Assembly (NCBI GenBank): GCA_965242725.1
Contig: CBDESZ010000016.1
Span: 192,001-256,000, forward strand
DNA length: 64,000 bases
Direction of reading: 5' to 3'
From: Alkalispirochaeta sp.
GTDB lineage: Bacteria; Spirochaetota; Spirochaetia; DSM-27196; Alkalispirochaetaceae
Part shown: piece by piece, positions 20,769 through 30,099 of the stretch
How the letters are laid out: the number at the start of each line of letters is the position of its first letter
Position numbering within the stretch: the stretch's first letter is position 1
Position numbers and translations under genes: made by a program
Notes under the pieces: generated by a model
Told to the model about the DNA's origin: nothing
The model's input: the letters and a program-made list of their open reading frames with translations, nothing else
The model's database searches: none

Positions 20769-22053
20769 ATGAGTCAAAGGGGGCACCGTCAACCACACGG
20801 ACACGTGGTCGTCGTCGGCGGTGGCGGCACCGGCGCGGCGATCATTCACGATCTCGTGTCCCGTGGTTTTACGGTGACCCTCATCGAGCGGGGTGAGTTG
20901 ACCTCCGGCACCACCGGGCGCCACCACGGTCAGCTCCATTCCGGGGCGCGCTACGCCGTCGGCGACCGTGAAATCGCCCGTGAATGCATGGAGGAGGTCC
21001 GCATACTCCGGCGCATCGCCCCCCAGGCTCTGGAAATGAACTACGGCCTCTTTGTCGCCCTCAACGAAGAGGACGACGCCTTTGCCGAGGAGTTTATTGA
21101 CTCCTGCAACGCCGCGACCATCCCTGCAAAAGAGATACCATTGGATTCGGCCTTTGCCATGGAGCCCAATCTGAACCGTTCCATTCGCCGGGCGGTACAG
21201 GTACCGGACGGAACGATAGATGCATGGCGTCTGCCCCTCCACTTCTTTGCCACCGCCCGGGCCGCCGGGGCCGATATCCGCACCTTTACCGAGCTGATCG
21301 CCGTGGAGCGGACCAACGGACGCGTCAATGGCGTACGGGTCCGGCGCCTCACCGACGGGCGGGGAATACTCTCTTCCTGCGGATGCGGTCGTCAGCGCCA
21401 CCGGCGCGTGGGCGGGAAGGGTGGCGCGATCGGCGGGAATAGAGCTCCCGGTGACGCCCGCTCCGGGGACGATGGTGGCGGTGAAACAGCGGCTGAACAA
21501 CATGGTGGTCAGCCAGCTCCACCCTCCCGGAGACGGGGACATCATCGTTCCCCAGCGGGGATTGTCAATCATCGGATCCACCCAATGGCAGACCGATGAT
21601 CCTGACGACGTGCAGGTTCCCCCCGAGGATATTTCCTACCTTCTGGGACGAGCGGCTGAAATGATTCCCGCCTTTTCGGAAACACCCTTTCACGCCGCCT
21701 GGACGGCGAGCCGCCCCCTGGCCGGAGCGGCACGGGATGTCGACGACGGACGGAAGCTGAGCCGCGACTTTCTCGCCATCGATCACGGTCGCTCCGACGG
21801 CTTGAGCGGTTTCATTTCCGTCATTGGAGGAAAGGCGACGGTCCTGCGGGCGATGGCGGAAAAAACCGTTGATATGGTGTGCGACCTTTTTGGCGTTGAA
21901 GAGCGGTGCCGGACGGCGGAGCTGCCCCTGTTGCCGCACCGGGCGATGTATACCGCCGCTGCGGGTGAGCGTGCCCGCCCGTCGGCGGCGACGGGCGACG
22001 GAACTCCCGGCGAGGCGGGTGATGCTTCGGTATGGAAGGGGGATGTCCGGTGA
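20769..22053 (+). CDS. GlpA-like FAD-dependent glycerol-3-phosphate dehydrogenase, short form; frameshifted at the G4 run 21361-21364
   Basis: VVGGGGTG, SGTTGRHHGQLHSGARYAV, AREC; second frame AVVSATGAWA, DGDIIVP, SRDF, GGKAT, CRTAELPL. Removing one G gives ...LTDG-R-EYSLPADAVV. Confidence 0.85.
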
Positions 22054-22847
22054 CGACCGTCAGGTTTCGAATAGAAAGAAAACAACGAAAAAACCGCTGG
22101 CAGGAGTACGACGTACCCGTTGAGGACCATTTCACCGTTGTGGACGCCCTGGAGTGGATTCGTCGGTGCGACGAGACGCTCATGTATCGCCATTCATGCC
22201 ATCATGGAAGCTGCGGAACCTGCGGGATGATCGTCAACGGTAAGCGCAAACTGGCGTGCACCACCAATGTGCTGGCACTGGTGTCGGACGATGACGCGGC
22301 AGGTAGCGAGACGGCGGACGATGCGGACGCGGGGGAGGCCGCGGCTGCAGCACCCGTTGTCGAACTGCGTCCCCTGGATACGATGGACCATATCGGCGAT
22401 CTGGCGGTTGATCCGACGCGCCTCTTTCACGATTTTCCCGGGGACGCCGGTTACCTCAGGCCGAGCGAGTTCAACAGGGAGAGTACGCCCCCGGAAGAGA
22501 TCGCCCGATTTGTACGCTTTGAGAACTGTATCGAATGCGGGCTGTGTGTTTCGGCATGTCCGGTGATCGCCGTGCGCAAATTCACCGGTCCGGCGGCGCT
22601 CTCGGCGTACAACAGGGAGCTGGACAAGAATCCCGGTCGGTCCGATGAGTTGTTACCGCAAATCGACTCCCCCGAGGGGGTGTGGGGATGTGACCGCCAC
22701 CTGGCGTGCAGCGCCGTCTGCCCCACCGGCGTCTATCCGGCGAAACAGATCGCCATGCTGCAGCGGAAGATCAGGAAGTGGCGCGAGCAGAGCAGCGGTG
22801 GAGCCGGCGACGAAGGCGACGAGAACGGCGACAGTGGCGGGCGCTGA
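22050..22847 (+). CDS. SdhB/FrdB-like iron-sulfur protein
   Basis: GTG start at 22050 (GTGA overlap); YRHSCHHGSCGTCGMIVNG...LAC, IGDLAVD, CIECGLCVSACP, GPAAL, CDRHLACSAVCP. Confidence 0.88.
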   Translation: MTTVRFRIERKQRKNRWQEYDVPVEDHFTVVDALEWIRRCDETLMYRHSCHHGSCGTCGMIVNGKRKLACTTNVLALVSDDDAAGSETADDADAGEAAAAAPVVELRPLDTMDHIGDLAVDPTRLFHDFPGDAGYLRPSEFNRESTPPEEIARFVRFENCIECGLCVSACPVIAVRKFTGPAALSAYNRELDKNPGRSDELLPQIDSPEGVWGCDRHLACSAVCPTGVYPAKQIAMLQRKIRKWREQSSGGAGDEGDENGDSGGR

Positions 22848-22971
22848 ACAACGCATCCGGATCCGGTAGGGGTCGGACGCAACGATCGGGATGTAATGTT
22901 CAGGATTGCGCGGAGCGGGCGGACCGCTTTGGCCCGCATTGCCGTCCGCTCACCGGCGGTCCACAGGTTAT

Positions 22972-24399
22972 CTACAGCTTATCCACCAGCATTGAACATT
23001 TGCCCGACGGTATGGGCAATGTTTTTTCCTTCTTTTCACTCAGGAGATCGAGGGTAAAGTAGTACAGCTTTTCCGATTCATGCCGGATTTCCCAGCCGCG
23101 GCCGCTCTTCTGACTGAGGATGGTGATGGTGTTGCGTCGGAGGTTGAGGTTTTCAATCCCCATGATTTCCAGGGTGGGGACGATCCACCGCACCGTCTTG
23201 CGAGGCAGGCTCACTTCCAGGCCGACGACATTTTCGATCATGAGCGCGATCGTCGACAGTCCCACCGAGGGTATGTGCATTGCCCGGGGAAAGTCGGGGT
23301 TTTCCGCCCATTCCGCCTCACCGTCCCGGAGGGGTTTGTACGCTTCCCAGACGTTGCCGCGCTTGTTTCCTTCAGGGTGGAGCGTGTCCAGCATGTAGTA
23401 CAGATGGCGTATCGCAAATTCCCGGGCCAGCTCGTAGTGGTGCTGCTTTTCCAGCCCCTTTATGATCATGAATGTATAGGGAGGAAAGACCGATCCCCGC
23501 CAGCCGTCGCCGGCTTCCGAGAAACTCGGCTCATCCACGGCAACGGAGGGAAAGGGGTTTTCCGTCCCGAAACTCTGGGGGTCCTTGAGGTGCTCCACCA
23601 GCCGGCTTGATCGCGCTTCATTGGGAATGTCCGTTATCAGCGGCCAGAACCCGGCCACCGTCTTGACGGCGACCTGATCCTTGTCCTTGGTCAGGTCATA
23701 GTAAAAGCCGCTTTCATCGTTCCACATGAGCTGGTTAATCCGCGTCTTCAGGGAGAAGTACTGGCGGCGGTATCGAAACTCGATGTCCTTGTCGTTGAGG
23801 ACGTGACCGAGTTGGGCCATGCAGGAGACGTTGAGGGCCGCCTGGGTGTTGAAATCCACGGGATAGTACATGCCGTCCCGGGGAGAGTTGCTCATGCCCG
23901 TTGCGGCAAGGGGAACGTGAAAGAGTCCCGAATCATCCATGAAGTTGTCGGTGAGCCATTGGAAGTGCTTTTCCAGGATCGGCATGATCTCCTTGATGCG
24001 CTTCTTGTTGCCCACCTTGTGATACAGGTTGTACTCCGCCCACGCAAAGAGCGGCGGAGACAATCCATCCGGATTATCGTCGGAAATGATCGGTTTCCCC
24101 GTTTCAAGGGAATACTCCGAACGGACGGCGCCGTCTTCTTCCTGTTTGGCGTAAAAATTGTCCAGCAGCGGTGCGGCGGGATAGTTTCTGTTGCTGTATA
24201 CCAGGAAAAATGTAGCATTTATCGCGTCGAGCTGATTGATTCGATCGGCGTCGGGGGCGACAAAGACCCGCGGATCAAATCCGCTCTTGTCCTGGCTTTT
24301 TTGCCAGTAGTCTTTTATCCACGCCCACGTCTGCTCGTATATGTCTACAAAATCCTGATCGTAGAAGTGTATCGTTGGAAACTCTTTTTTTATTACCAC
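22972..24399 (-). CDS. MGH1/GH63/trehalase-like glycoside hydrolase
   Basis: PPLFAWAEY, GMSNSPR, MWNDESGFYYD, KTVAGFWPL, FPSVAVDEP, WRGSVFPP, WEAY motifs of the (alpha/alpha)6 family. Confidence 0.8.
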   Translation of the reverse strand: MVIKKEFPTIHFYDQDFVDIYEQTWAWIKDYWQKSQDKSGFDPRVFVAPDADRINQLDAINATFFLVYSNRNYPAAPLLDNFYAKQEEDGAVRSEYSLETGKPIISDDNPDGLSPPLFAWAEYNLYHKVGNKKRIKEIMPILEKHFQWLTDNFMDDSGLFHVPLAATGMSNSPRDGMYYPVDFNTQAALNVSCMAQLGHVLNDKDIEFRYRRQYFSLKTRINQLMWNDESGFYYDLTKDKDQVAVKTVAGFWPLITDIPNEARSSRLVEHLKDPQSFGTENPFPSVAVDEPSFSEAGDGWRGSVFPPYTFMIIKGLEKQHHYELAREFAIRHLYYMLDTLHPEGNKRGNVWEAYKPLRDGEAEWAENPDFPRAMHIPSVGLSTIALMIENVVGLEVSLPRKTVRWIVPTLEIMGIENLNLRRNTITILSQKSGRGWEIRHESEKLYYFTLDLLSEKKEKTLPIPSGKCSMLVDKL

Positions 24400-24434
24400 G
24401 CGTCTTTATCCTATACTTGGGGGTGCAGTCCTAC

Positions 24435-24463
24435 AAAATAGCGCGTCCAACCCCGTTCGTCAA
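24435..24463 (-). promoter_or_regulatory. Putative sigma70 promoter of the glycoside hydrolase gene
   Basis: Minus strand TTGACG (24463-24458), 17 nt, TATTTT (24440-24435). Confidence 0.5.
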
Positions 24464-24480
24464 ATACGCCAAGTCCTTGC

Positions 24481-24509
24481 TTGACATGCTTATACCGCAC
24501 TGTCATAGT
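24481..24509 (+). promoter_or_regulatory. Putative sigma70 promoter of gatCAB-aspS
   Basis: TTGACA (24481-24486), 17 nt, TGn-extended CATAGT (24504-24509). Confidence 0.55.
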
Positions 24510-24516
24510 TCCTCCC

Positions 24517-24795
24517 ATGGACCCTTCTGAACTCAGAACCACCGTTGATATGGCGATGCTTGAGATAGACGAGCAACATATCGAGGCGCTGGAAGGTGCC
24601 CTTCGACAGATGTTGGACTATTTTACCACTATGTCGACCGTTGATGTGGAAAATGTCGAACCAACCACGCACGCGCTCCTGACGGAAAACCGTACCCGGC
24701 GTGACTACCCCGATCGGATGGTTGATCCCGATACCCTCCTTGAGAATGCCGCCGATCTGGAAGACCGGTTTCTGGCGGTCCCCAACGTATTATAA
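24517..24795 (+). CDS. gatC: Asp/Glu-tRNA amidotransferase subunit C
   Basis: MLDYFTTMSTVDVENVEPTTH, LLENAADLEDRFLAVPNVL; directly upstream of gatA. Confidence 0.9.
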   Translation: MDPSELRTTVDMAMLEIDEQHIEALEGALRQMLDYFTTMSTVDVENVEPTTHALLTENRTRRDYPDRMVDPDTLLENAADLEDRFLAVPNVL

Positions 24796-24799
24796 AGCG

Positions 24800-26275
24800 A
24801 TGTGGAAGACAATAGTTAAAACGAAACGGGAGCAGTATGTTCGCTTTCTGCAGGAGCAGGATAGTGAAACGGGCTCCTTTCTTGAAATCGGAGAGCCCCG
24901 GCGGTGGAACGTGTCTCTTTCCGCCGCGGAACAATCAGCCGACGATCGTGACCTGACGGAGGTCGTCGCGGAGGCGGGAGAATCCCTTCACCTTCCCGTG
25001 GCGGTGAAGGACAATATCGCCGTGACGGGATACCACCTGACCTGCGGCAGCCGGATGCTTGAAGAGGTGGTGAGTCCCTATACGGCGACGTCGATACGCC
25101 GCCTTGTTGCGGCGGGTGCCGCCGTGGTGGGCAAGACCAATCTTGACGAGTTCGGGATGGGCAGTTCCACCGATAACTCGGCGCTGAAAAAGACAAACAA
25201 TCCCTGGGATTATAACCGCGTTGCAGGCGGCTCCAGCGGCGGCTCCGCGGCGGCGGTTGCACAGCAGCTGGTTCCTCTGGCAGTGGGAAGCGATACCGGC
25301 GGTTCAGTGCGACAGCCCGCCGCGTTTTGCGGTGTCTACGGTCTGAAACCGACCTACGGTACGATTTCCCGCTACGGCCTGGTTGCCTATGCGTCGTCAT
25401 TGGAGGGTATCGGCCTTCTCGGTGCCGACGTATCCCTTCTCGCGCAGGCGTACCGCGTCATGGCCGCCCGGGACGATCGGGATCAGACGTCGGTGTCGCG
25501 GCCGGACGGGAGTGCCGAGGGGTCTGGAACGGCGGCGGACGCGGATACAGCGGGTGGTGCGGCCCGGGGCGGGGCCCTCAGGATCGGCGTCCTCGCCGGA
25601 GATCTGGGTCTCGATGAACCGGTGGCACGCAACTATCGCGCCACCGTGGAAGCGCTCAATGATCTGGGCCACGAGACGGCACCGGTCTCGCTCTCCACTC
25701 TGGAGTACGTCGTACCGGCGTACTACACGATCGCCGCCGCCGAGGCGGCGGCCAATCTCGCGCGATACAACGGCGTGCGCTACGGGTATCGGCCCGCCTT
25801 TTCGGAAAATCCGGAAGAGCTCATGCGCGCCGCCCGTACGGAAGCGCTGGGGGACGAGGTAAAGCTCCGTATCGTCCTGGGAACCTACGTCCTGAGAAGC
25901 GGTTTTCAGGATCAGTATTACACCCGGGCGCAGAAAATTCGCACCCTCATACGCCGTGAACTGAACGAGAAGTTCCGGGAATTTGACCTCATGGTACTGC
26001 CCACATTTCCGACCCAGGCCTTTGCTCACGGCGACAAGGGTATGGACGCCTTTCAGCAGAAGGTTGCAGACCGGTTTACCGGTACGGCCAACCTCGCGGC
26101 GATCCCGGCGCTTACCGTGCCGACGGGGCTTGAAAAGGGTCTGCCCGTGGGCATGCAGCTCATGGGACCCGCCTTCAGCGAAGAGCGTCTCTTTGCGGTA
26201 GCCGGTGCGCTGGCGAAGCGAATGCCCGTGGAATTCCCGGCAAACTCGAAGTCCTTCCAATCCTGGGAGGGCTGA
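24800..26275 (+). CDS. gatA: Asp/Glu-tRNA amidotransferase subunit A
   Basis: Amidase signature VAVKDNI, GKTNLDEFGMGSST, GGSSGGSAAAVA, GSDTGGSVRQPA; NLARYNGVRYG. Lys-Ser-Ser triad intact. Confidence 0.95.
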   Translation: MWKTIVKTKREQYVRFLQEQDSETGSFLEIGEPRRWNVSLSAAEQSADDRDLTEVVAEAGESLHLPVAVKDNIAVTGYHLTCGSRMLEEVVSPYTATSIRRLVAAGAAVVGKTNLDEFGMGSSTDNSALKKTNNPWDYNRVAGGSSGGSAAAVAQQLVPLAVGSDTGGSVRQPAAFCGVYGLKPTYGTISRYGLVAYASSLEGIGLLGADVSLLAQAYRVMAARDDRDQTSVSRPDGSAEGSGTAADADTAGGAARGGALRIGVLAGDLGLDEPVARNYRATVEALNDLGHETAPVSLSTLEYVVPAYYTIAAAEAAANLARYNGVRYGYRPAFSENPEELMRAARTEALGDEVKLRIVLGTYVLRSGFQDQYYTRAQKIRTLIRRELNEKFREFDLMVLPTFPTQAFAHGDKGMDAFQQKVADRFTGTANLAAIPALTVPTGLEKGLPVGMQLMGPAFSEERLFAVAGALAKRMPVEFPANSKSFQSWEG

Positions 26276-26391
26276 CTGTCGCCCCGGGGAACATCGCTCC
26301 GATTCGGTCGTTCCCGGGAGATGAAATACCAACAGAAAGAGGGACGTGGAGCCGTCTTGCGTCCCGATGAACGGAGAAGGGGAAAAGCAGC

Positions 26392-28830
26392 GTGTACCAG
26401 TCTTTTATCGGACTAGAAATCCATACCCAGTTGTTGACGGAGACAAAGGTCTTTTGTGATTGTCGCGCCAATTTCGGCGATGAACCGAACACCAATGTCT
26501 GCCCTGTATGCATGGGCTATCCAGGTGTATTGCCTGCCCTCAATGAAGAGGCGATTCGTATGGCCTATACCGTCGCCCGGGCGCTCAATTGTGATCTCAA
26601 TCCGCGCTGCCTCTTCGACCGGAAGAATTACTTCTATCCCGATCTGCCCAAGAACTACCAGATTACCCAGTTTTATGAGCCCCTCGGCCGCAACGGATAC
26701 ATCGATATCGAGTTTCACAAGAAAAAGAAGCGTGTCCGTATTCATGAGATCCACCTGGAGGAAGACGCCGGAAAGATGATCCACGCCGGGGACATGTCCC
26801 TTCTCGACTACAATCGCGCGGGAACGCCACTTCTTGAAATCGTAACGGAACCGGATCTCGAAATCGGCGACGAGGCGGAAGTCCTTCTGCAGGAGTTGCG
26901 TCGCATGGTCCGCTACCTGGGCGTCTGCGACGGTAACATGGAGGAAGGGTCCCTCCGCTGCGACGCAAACGTCTCGGTGAACCGTGCCGGCGAGGGTCTG
27001 GGAAACAAGGTCGAAATCAAAAACCTCAACAGCTCCCGCTTTGTCCGCAAGGCGCTCAACTTCGAGATTGAACGACAGGAGGAAATCCTGGAGCGGGGCG
27101 GCACGGTGACGCAGGAAACTCGATTGTGGAACGAGAACCGGGACCTCACGGAGAGCATGCGCTCAAAGGAGAGCGCCCACGATTACCGTTACTTTCCCGA
27201 GCCGGACCTCCCGCCCTTTACCGCGGACGACGCCTTCCTCGCAAAGGTTGAAGCCTCCCTTGTCGAACTCCCTGCGCCGCGGCGCGTTCGTTTTCGAAAA
27301 GACTACGGCCTCAGCACCTCCCAGGCGGAGTTTATATGCGACGAGAAAAGCACCGCCGACTTCTTTGAGGCCGCCGTGGAAGAGGGCGCCGATGGTGAAC
27401 AGCTTGCGATCTGGCTCGCCGGGGATGTGCGAAAACAGCTGAACCGCAGCGGCGTTACGCTGCAGGAGAGCCCCCTCACCCCCTCACGCATGGCCTCTCT
27501 TCTCAAGATGCTCGACGGCGGCGTGATCCACGGAAAGATCGCCAAACAGGTCCTTTCCATGATCTTTGTGGAGGACAAGGACCCCGACCGTATTATTTCG
27601 GAGCAGGGATGGGAGCAGATCACCGATCCCGCCGAGCTCACGGAGGTGTTGCGGGACGTATTGGCCGCCCACCCCCAGGCGGAGAATCAGATCCGTGAGG
27701 GAGACCGCAAACCCTGGGGTTTTCTGGTGGGACAGATCATGCAGGCCACCAGCGGCCGCGCGGAACCGTCCCTGGTCCAGAAGATTCTCCAGGATCACTT
27801 TACCGTCAGTACCATCGACGTTTTTTCCTTCGGCGGCGCCATCGCCGGTCACCGGGAGGAAAACGGCCTTGTCGTTCCGGGAGACCTGAAGAACGTCAGG
27901 GAACTGCTGCAGCAGGATCCGGCGCTGCCGGGAGGGCTCAGTTTTGAGGAAATCCAGCTCGGACGCTTTCTCAGTGAGGAGATCACCCCCGCCGACTGGG
28001 CCGCCCTTGTCGCCCGGACCGCCCAACGGCTCGAGACGGGGGAGAGCCGGGGCATCGTCATCGGCCACGGGACCGATACCCTCACATATACGGCCAGCCT
28101 CCTGTACTGGTTTTTTGCGGACGCGAGGATTCCCATCGTTCTGACCGCCAGCGCCGTTCCCACCGGGGACGGGAGCCGCGGCGAGGGCGTTGAAAACCTC
28201 CGGCGCGCCGTGGCGACCGCCGCGGGAACGGATCGGGGTATACATGTAGTCTACGGCAGCGACGACTACCTGCCGCTGAATCTGAAATTCGAGCGCGCCG
28301 GGAGCAGCGACGTCTACGTCGGCGCCTTCCGGAACTGGAACACTCAGCGTCTTACGAGAAGCGGTCACGCCCTTGCCTCCTCCGCCCGCTCCCTGAATAA
28401 GGAGAAGCTCGTCGAACTCTTGGAGACGGCGATAGGCCGTACCTTCATCGCCAAGGTCTATCCGGGAATGCGGGGAGAGACGCTGATCGCCCTTATGGAC
28501 GCGGGAATTCGCTACTTTGTTCTGGAAATATACGATACGGGAACGGCCAATTTGAGGGAGACGCCCTTCTCCCTGAAAAAGGCACTGACGGAAGGACGGG
28601 AACGGGGCGTTTCCTTCTTTTGCACCTCCCAGCAGGAGGGGGTTGTCGACTTTTCCGAGTATGTGACGGCCCATCAGCTCTGGCGGGAAGGAGCCATTCC
28701 GATGGGAGCCCTGACCACCGAGACGGCATGGACACGCCTCGTCGCCGCCCAGGTTGAGGCGATGGCGGGGGAGTATGAAGGGCAGACAATTGAAGAGACG
28801 GTACTGCAGTTAATGGAGGACGGACAATGA
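26392..28830 (+). CDS. gatB: GatB fused to a C-terminal type-I asparaginase/GatD-like domain (812 aa)
   Basis: aa 1-~470 GatB (IGLEIH, CPVCMGYPG, FDRKNYFYPDLPK, HLEEDAGK, NRAGTPLLEIV, RCDANVS, EIKNLNS, YRYFPEPDL, GFLVGQIMQATSGRA). aa ~475-812 asparaginase fold (FGGAIAG, LSEEITPADW, GHGTDTLTYTA, PIVLTAS, KVYPG, TSQ, GALTTETAWTRL). Confidence 0.92.
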   Translation: MYQSFIGLEIHTQLLTETKVFCDCRANFGDEPNTNVCPVCMGYPGVLPALNEEAIRMAYTVARALNCDLNPRCLFDRKNYFYPDLPKNYQITQFYEPLGRNGYIDIEFHKKKKRVRIHEIHLEEDAGKMIHAGDMSLLDYNRAGTPLLEIVTEPDLEIGDEAEVLLQELRRMVRYLGVCDGNMEEGSLRCDANVSVNRAGEGLGNKVEIKNLNSSRFVRKALNFEIERQEEILERGGTVTQETRLWNENRDLTESMRSKESAHDYRYFPEPDLPPFTADDAFLAKVEASLVELPAPRRVRFRKDYGLSTSQAEFICDEKSTADFFEAAVEEGADGEQLAIWLAGDVRKQLNRSGVTLQESPLTPSRMASLLKMLDGGVIHGKIAKQVLSMIFVEDKDPDRIISEQGWEQITDPAELTEVLRDVLAAHPQAENQIREGDRKPWGFLVGQIMQATSGRAEPSLVQKILQDHFTVSTIDVFSFGGAIAGHREENGLVVPGDLKNVRELLQQDPALPGGLSFEEIQLGRFLSEEITPADWAALVARTAQRLETGESRGIVIGHGTDTLTYTASLLYWFFADARIPIVLTASAVPTGDGSRGEGVENLRRAVATAAGTDRGIHVVYGSDDYLPLNLKFERAGSSDVYVGAFRNWNTQRLTRSGHALASSARSLNKEKLVELLETAIGRTFIAKVYPGMRGETLIALMDAGIRYFVLEIYDTGTANLRETPFSLKKALTEGRERGVSFFCTSQQEGVVDFSEYVTAHQLWREGAIPMGALTTETAWTRLVAAQVEAMAGEYEGQTIEETVLQLMEDGQ

Positions 28831-30098
28831 GAGTGTTGGCGCGGGACGTGGCGGCCCGGGAGGGAACGGAAGTAACGGTATCGGGATGGGTTCACCGCAT
28901 TCGCAATCTCGGAGGTATCAGTTTTGTGATGCTTCGCGACCGGAGCGGTCTCGTCCAGGTCGTCTACGAGAGCGAGCCGGAATTTGGCCACGAGACGGTT
29001 ATCTCCGTCACGGGGAGCGTTGCGGCCAATGAAAAGGCGGAGGGCGGCTTTGAGATTCACGCCTCCTCGACGGAGATTCTCGGTTCCGTTGAGGCTGACC
29101 TTCCCGTGGCGGTGAATCAGGACCTGGGAAAGCTCGGCATCGATGCGCTGCTGGACAACAGACTGGTGACCCTGCGGAACCCTCGGGTTCGACATATATT
29201 TGAACTGCAGGCGGGAATTCTGAAGTACTTCGCCGAATGGCTGCGGGGCGAAGGCTTTACGGAAATAAAGTCGTCCAAAATCATCGGATCCGGTACGGAG
29301 GGGGGGACGGGCCTCTTTTCCGTGGACTACTTCGGCGAGACCGTCTTTCTTGCGCAGAGCCCCCAGTTTTACAAGCAGGCGATGGTGGCCTCCGGCCTGG
29401 AGCGCGTCTTTGAGATCGGCGCCGCTTATCGGGCGGAGAAGCACGACACGCCGCGGCACCTCAATGAGTACGTCTCCCTCGATGTGGAAATGGGCTTTAT
29501 CGAGAGCGAGGCGGACCTGATGGACCTCGAAGTGGGACTGCTGGGCCACATCTTTGAGAGCGTGGCCCGCGATTTCGGATACGTTCTTGAGGAGTACGGC
29601 GTTTCCGTACCGACCGCTGAGGAGATGCGGAAGACGCCCCGTATCAGCCACGACGACGCCAAGAAGATCATCAAGGAGCGGACGGGGAAGAGCGCCTTTG
29701 AGATCAATCCCGAGGGCGAGCGGGAGCTCTGCGACTGGGCCCTTGAGGAGCACGGTGTGGACGCCGTCTTCGTCTTCGCCTTTCCCCGGAAGAAACGGCC
29801 TTTTTACACCTTTCCAGAAGGTCTCAAGACGCGGAGCTTCGATCTTCTCTTTCGGGGGCTTGAAATTACGACGGGAGGGCAGCGTATCCACGACTACCGG
29901 ACCCTGCTTGAGACGCTGCCCAAGTTCGGCCTTACCGAGGAGGGACTTGGTGACTACTGCTCTATTTTCAAGTTCGGGTGTCCCCCCCACGGCGGATTTG
30001 CAATCGGTCTCGAACGAATCACCCAGAAAATTCTCGGCCTGCAGAACGTGAAGGAGGCGTCCCTCTTTCCGCGGGACCGGAAGCGCACGCGGCCATAG
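28827..30098 (+). CDS. aspS: Short archaeal-type aspartyl-tRNA synthetase, probably non-discriminating Asp/Asn
   Basis: 423 aa with no GAD domain; GWVHRIRNLGG, LAQSPQFYKQ, RAEKHDTPRHLNEY, FDLLFRGLEITTGGQRIH, PPHGGFAIGLER, LFPRD; ATGA overlap with gatB. Confidence 0.93.
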   Translation: MRVLARDVAAREGTEVTVSGWVHRIRNLGGISFVMLRDRSGLVQVVYESEPEFGHETVISVTGSVAANEKAEGGFEIHASSTEILGSVEADLPVAVNQDLGKLGIDALLDNRLVTLRNPRVRHIFELQAGILKYFAEWLRGEGFTEIKSSKIIGSGTEGGTGLFSVDYFGETVFLAQSPQFYKQAMVASGLERVFEIGAAYRAEKHDTPRHLNEYVSLDVEMGFIESEADLMDLEVGLLGHIFESVARDFGYVLEEYGVSVPTAEEMRKTPRISHDDAKKIIKERTGKSAFEINPEGERELCDWALEEHGVDAVFVFAFPRKKRPFYTFPEGLKTRSFDLLFRGLEITTGGQRIHDYRTLLETLPKFGLTEEGLGDYCSIFKFGCPPHGGFAIGLERITQKILGLQNVKEASLFPRDRKRTRP

Positions 30099-30099
30099 G

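Noticed and set aside
24400..24516. T-box leader for gatCAB-aspS
   Set aside because: The region is too short, is occupied by two promoters and has no T-box consensus.
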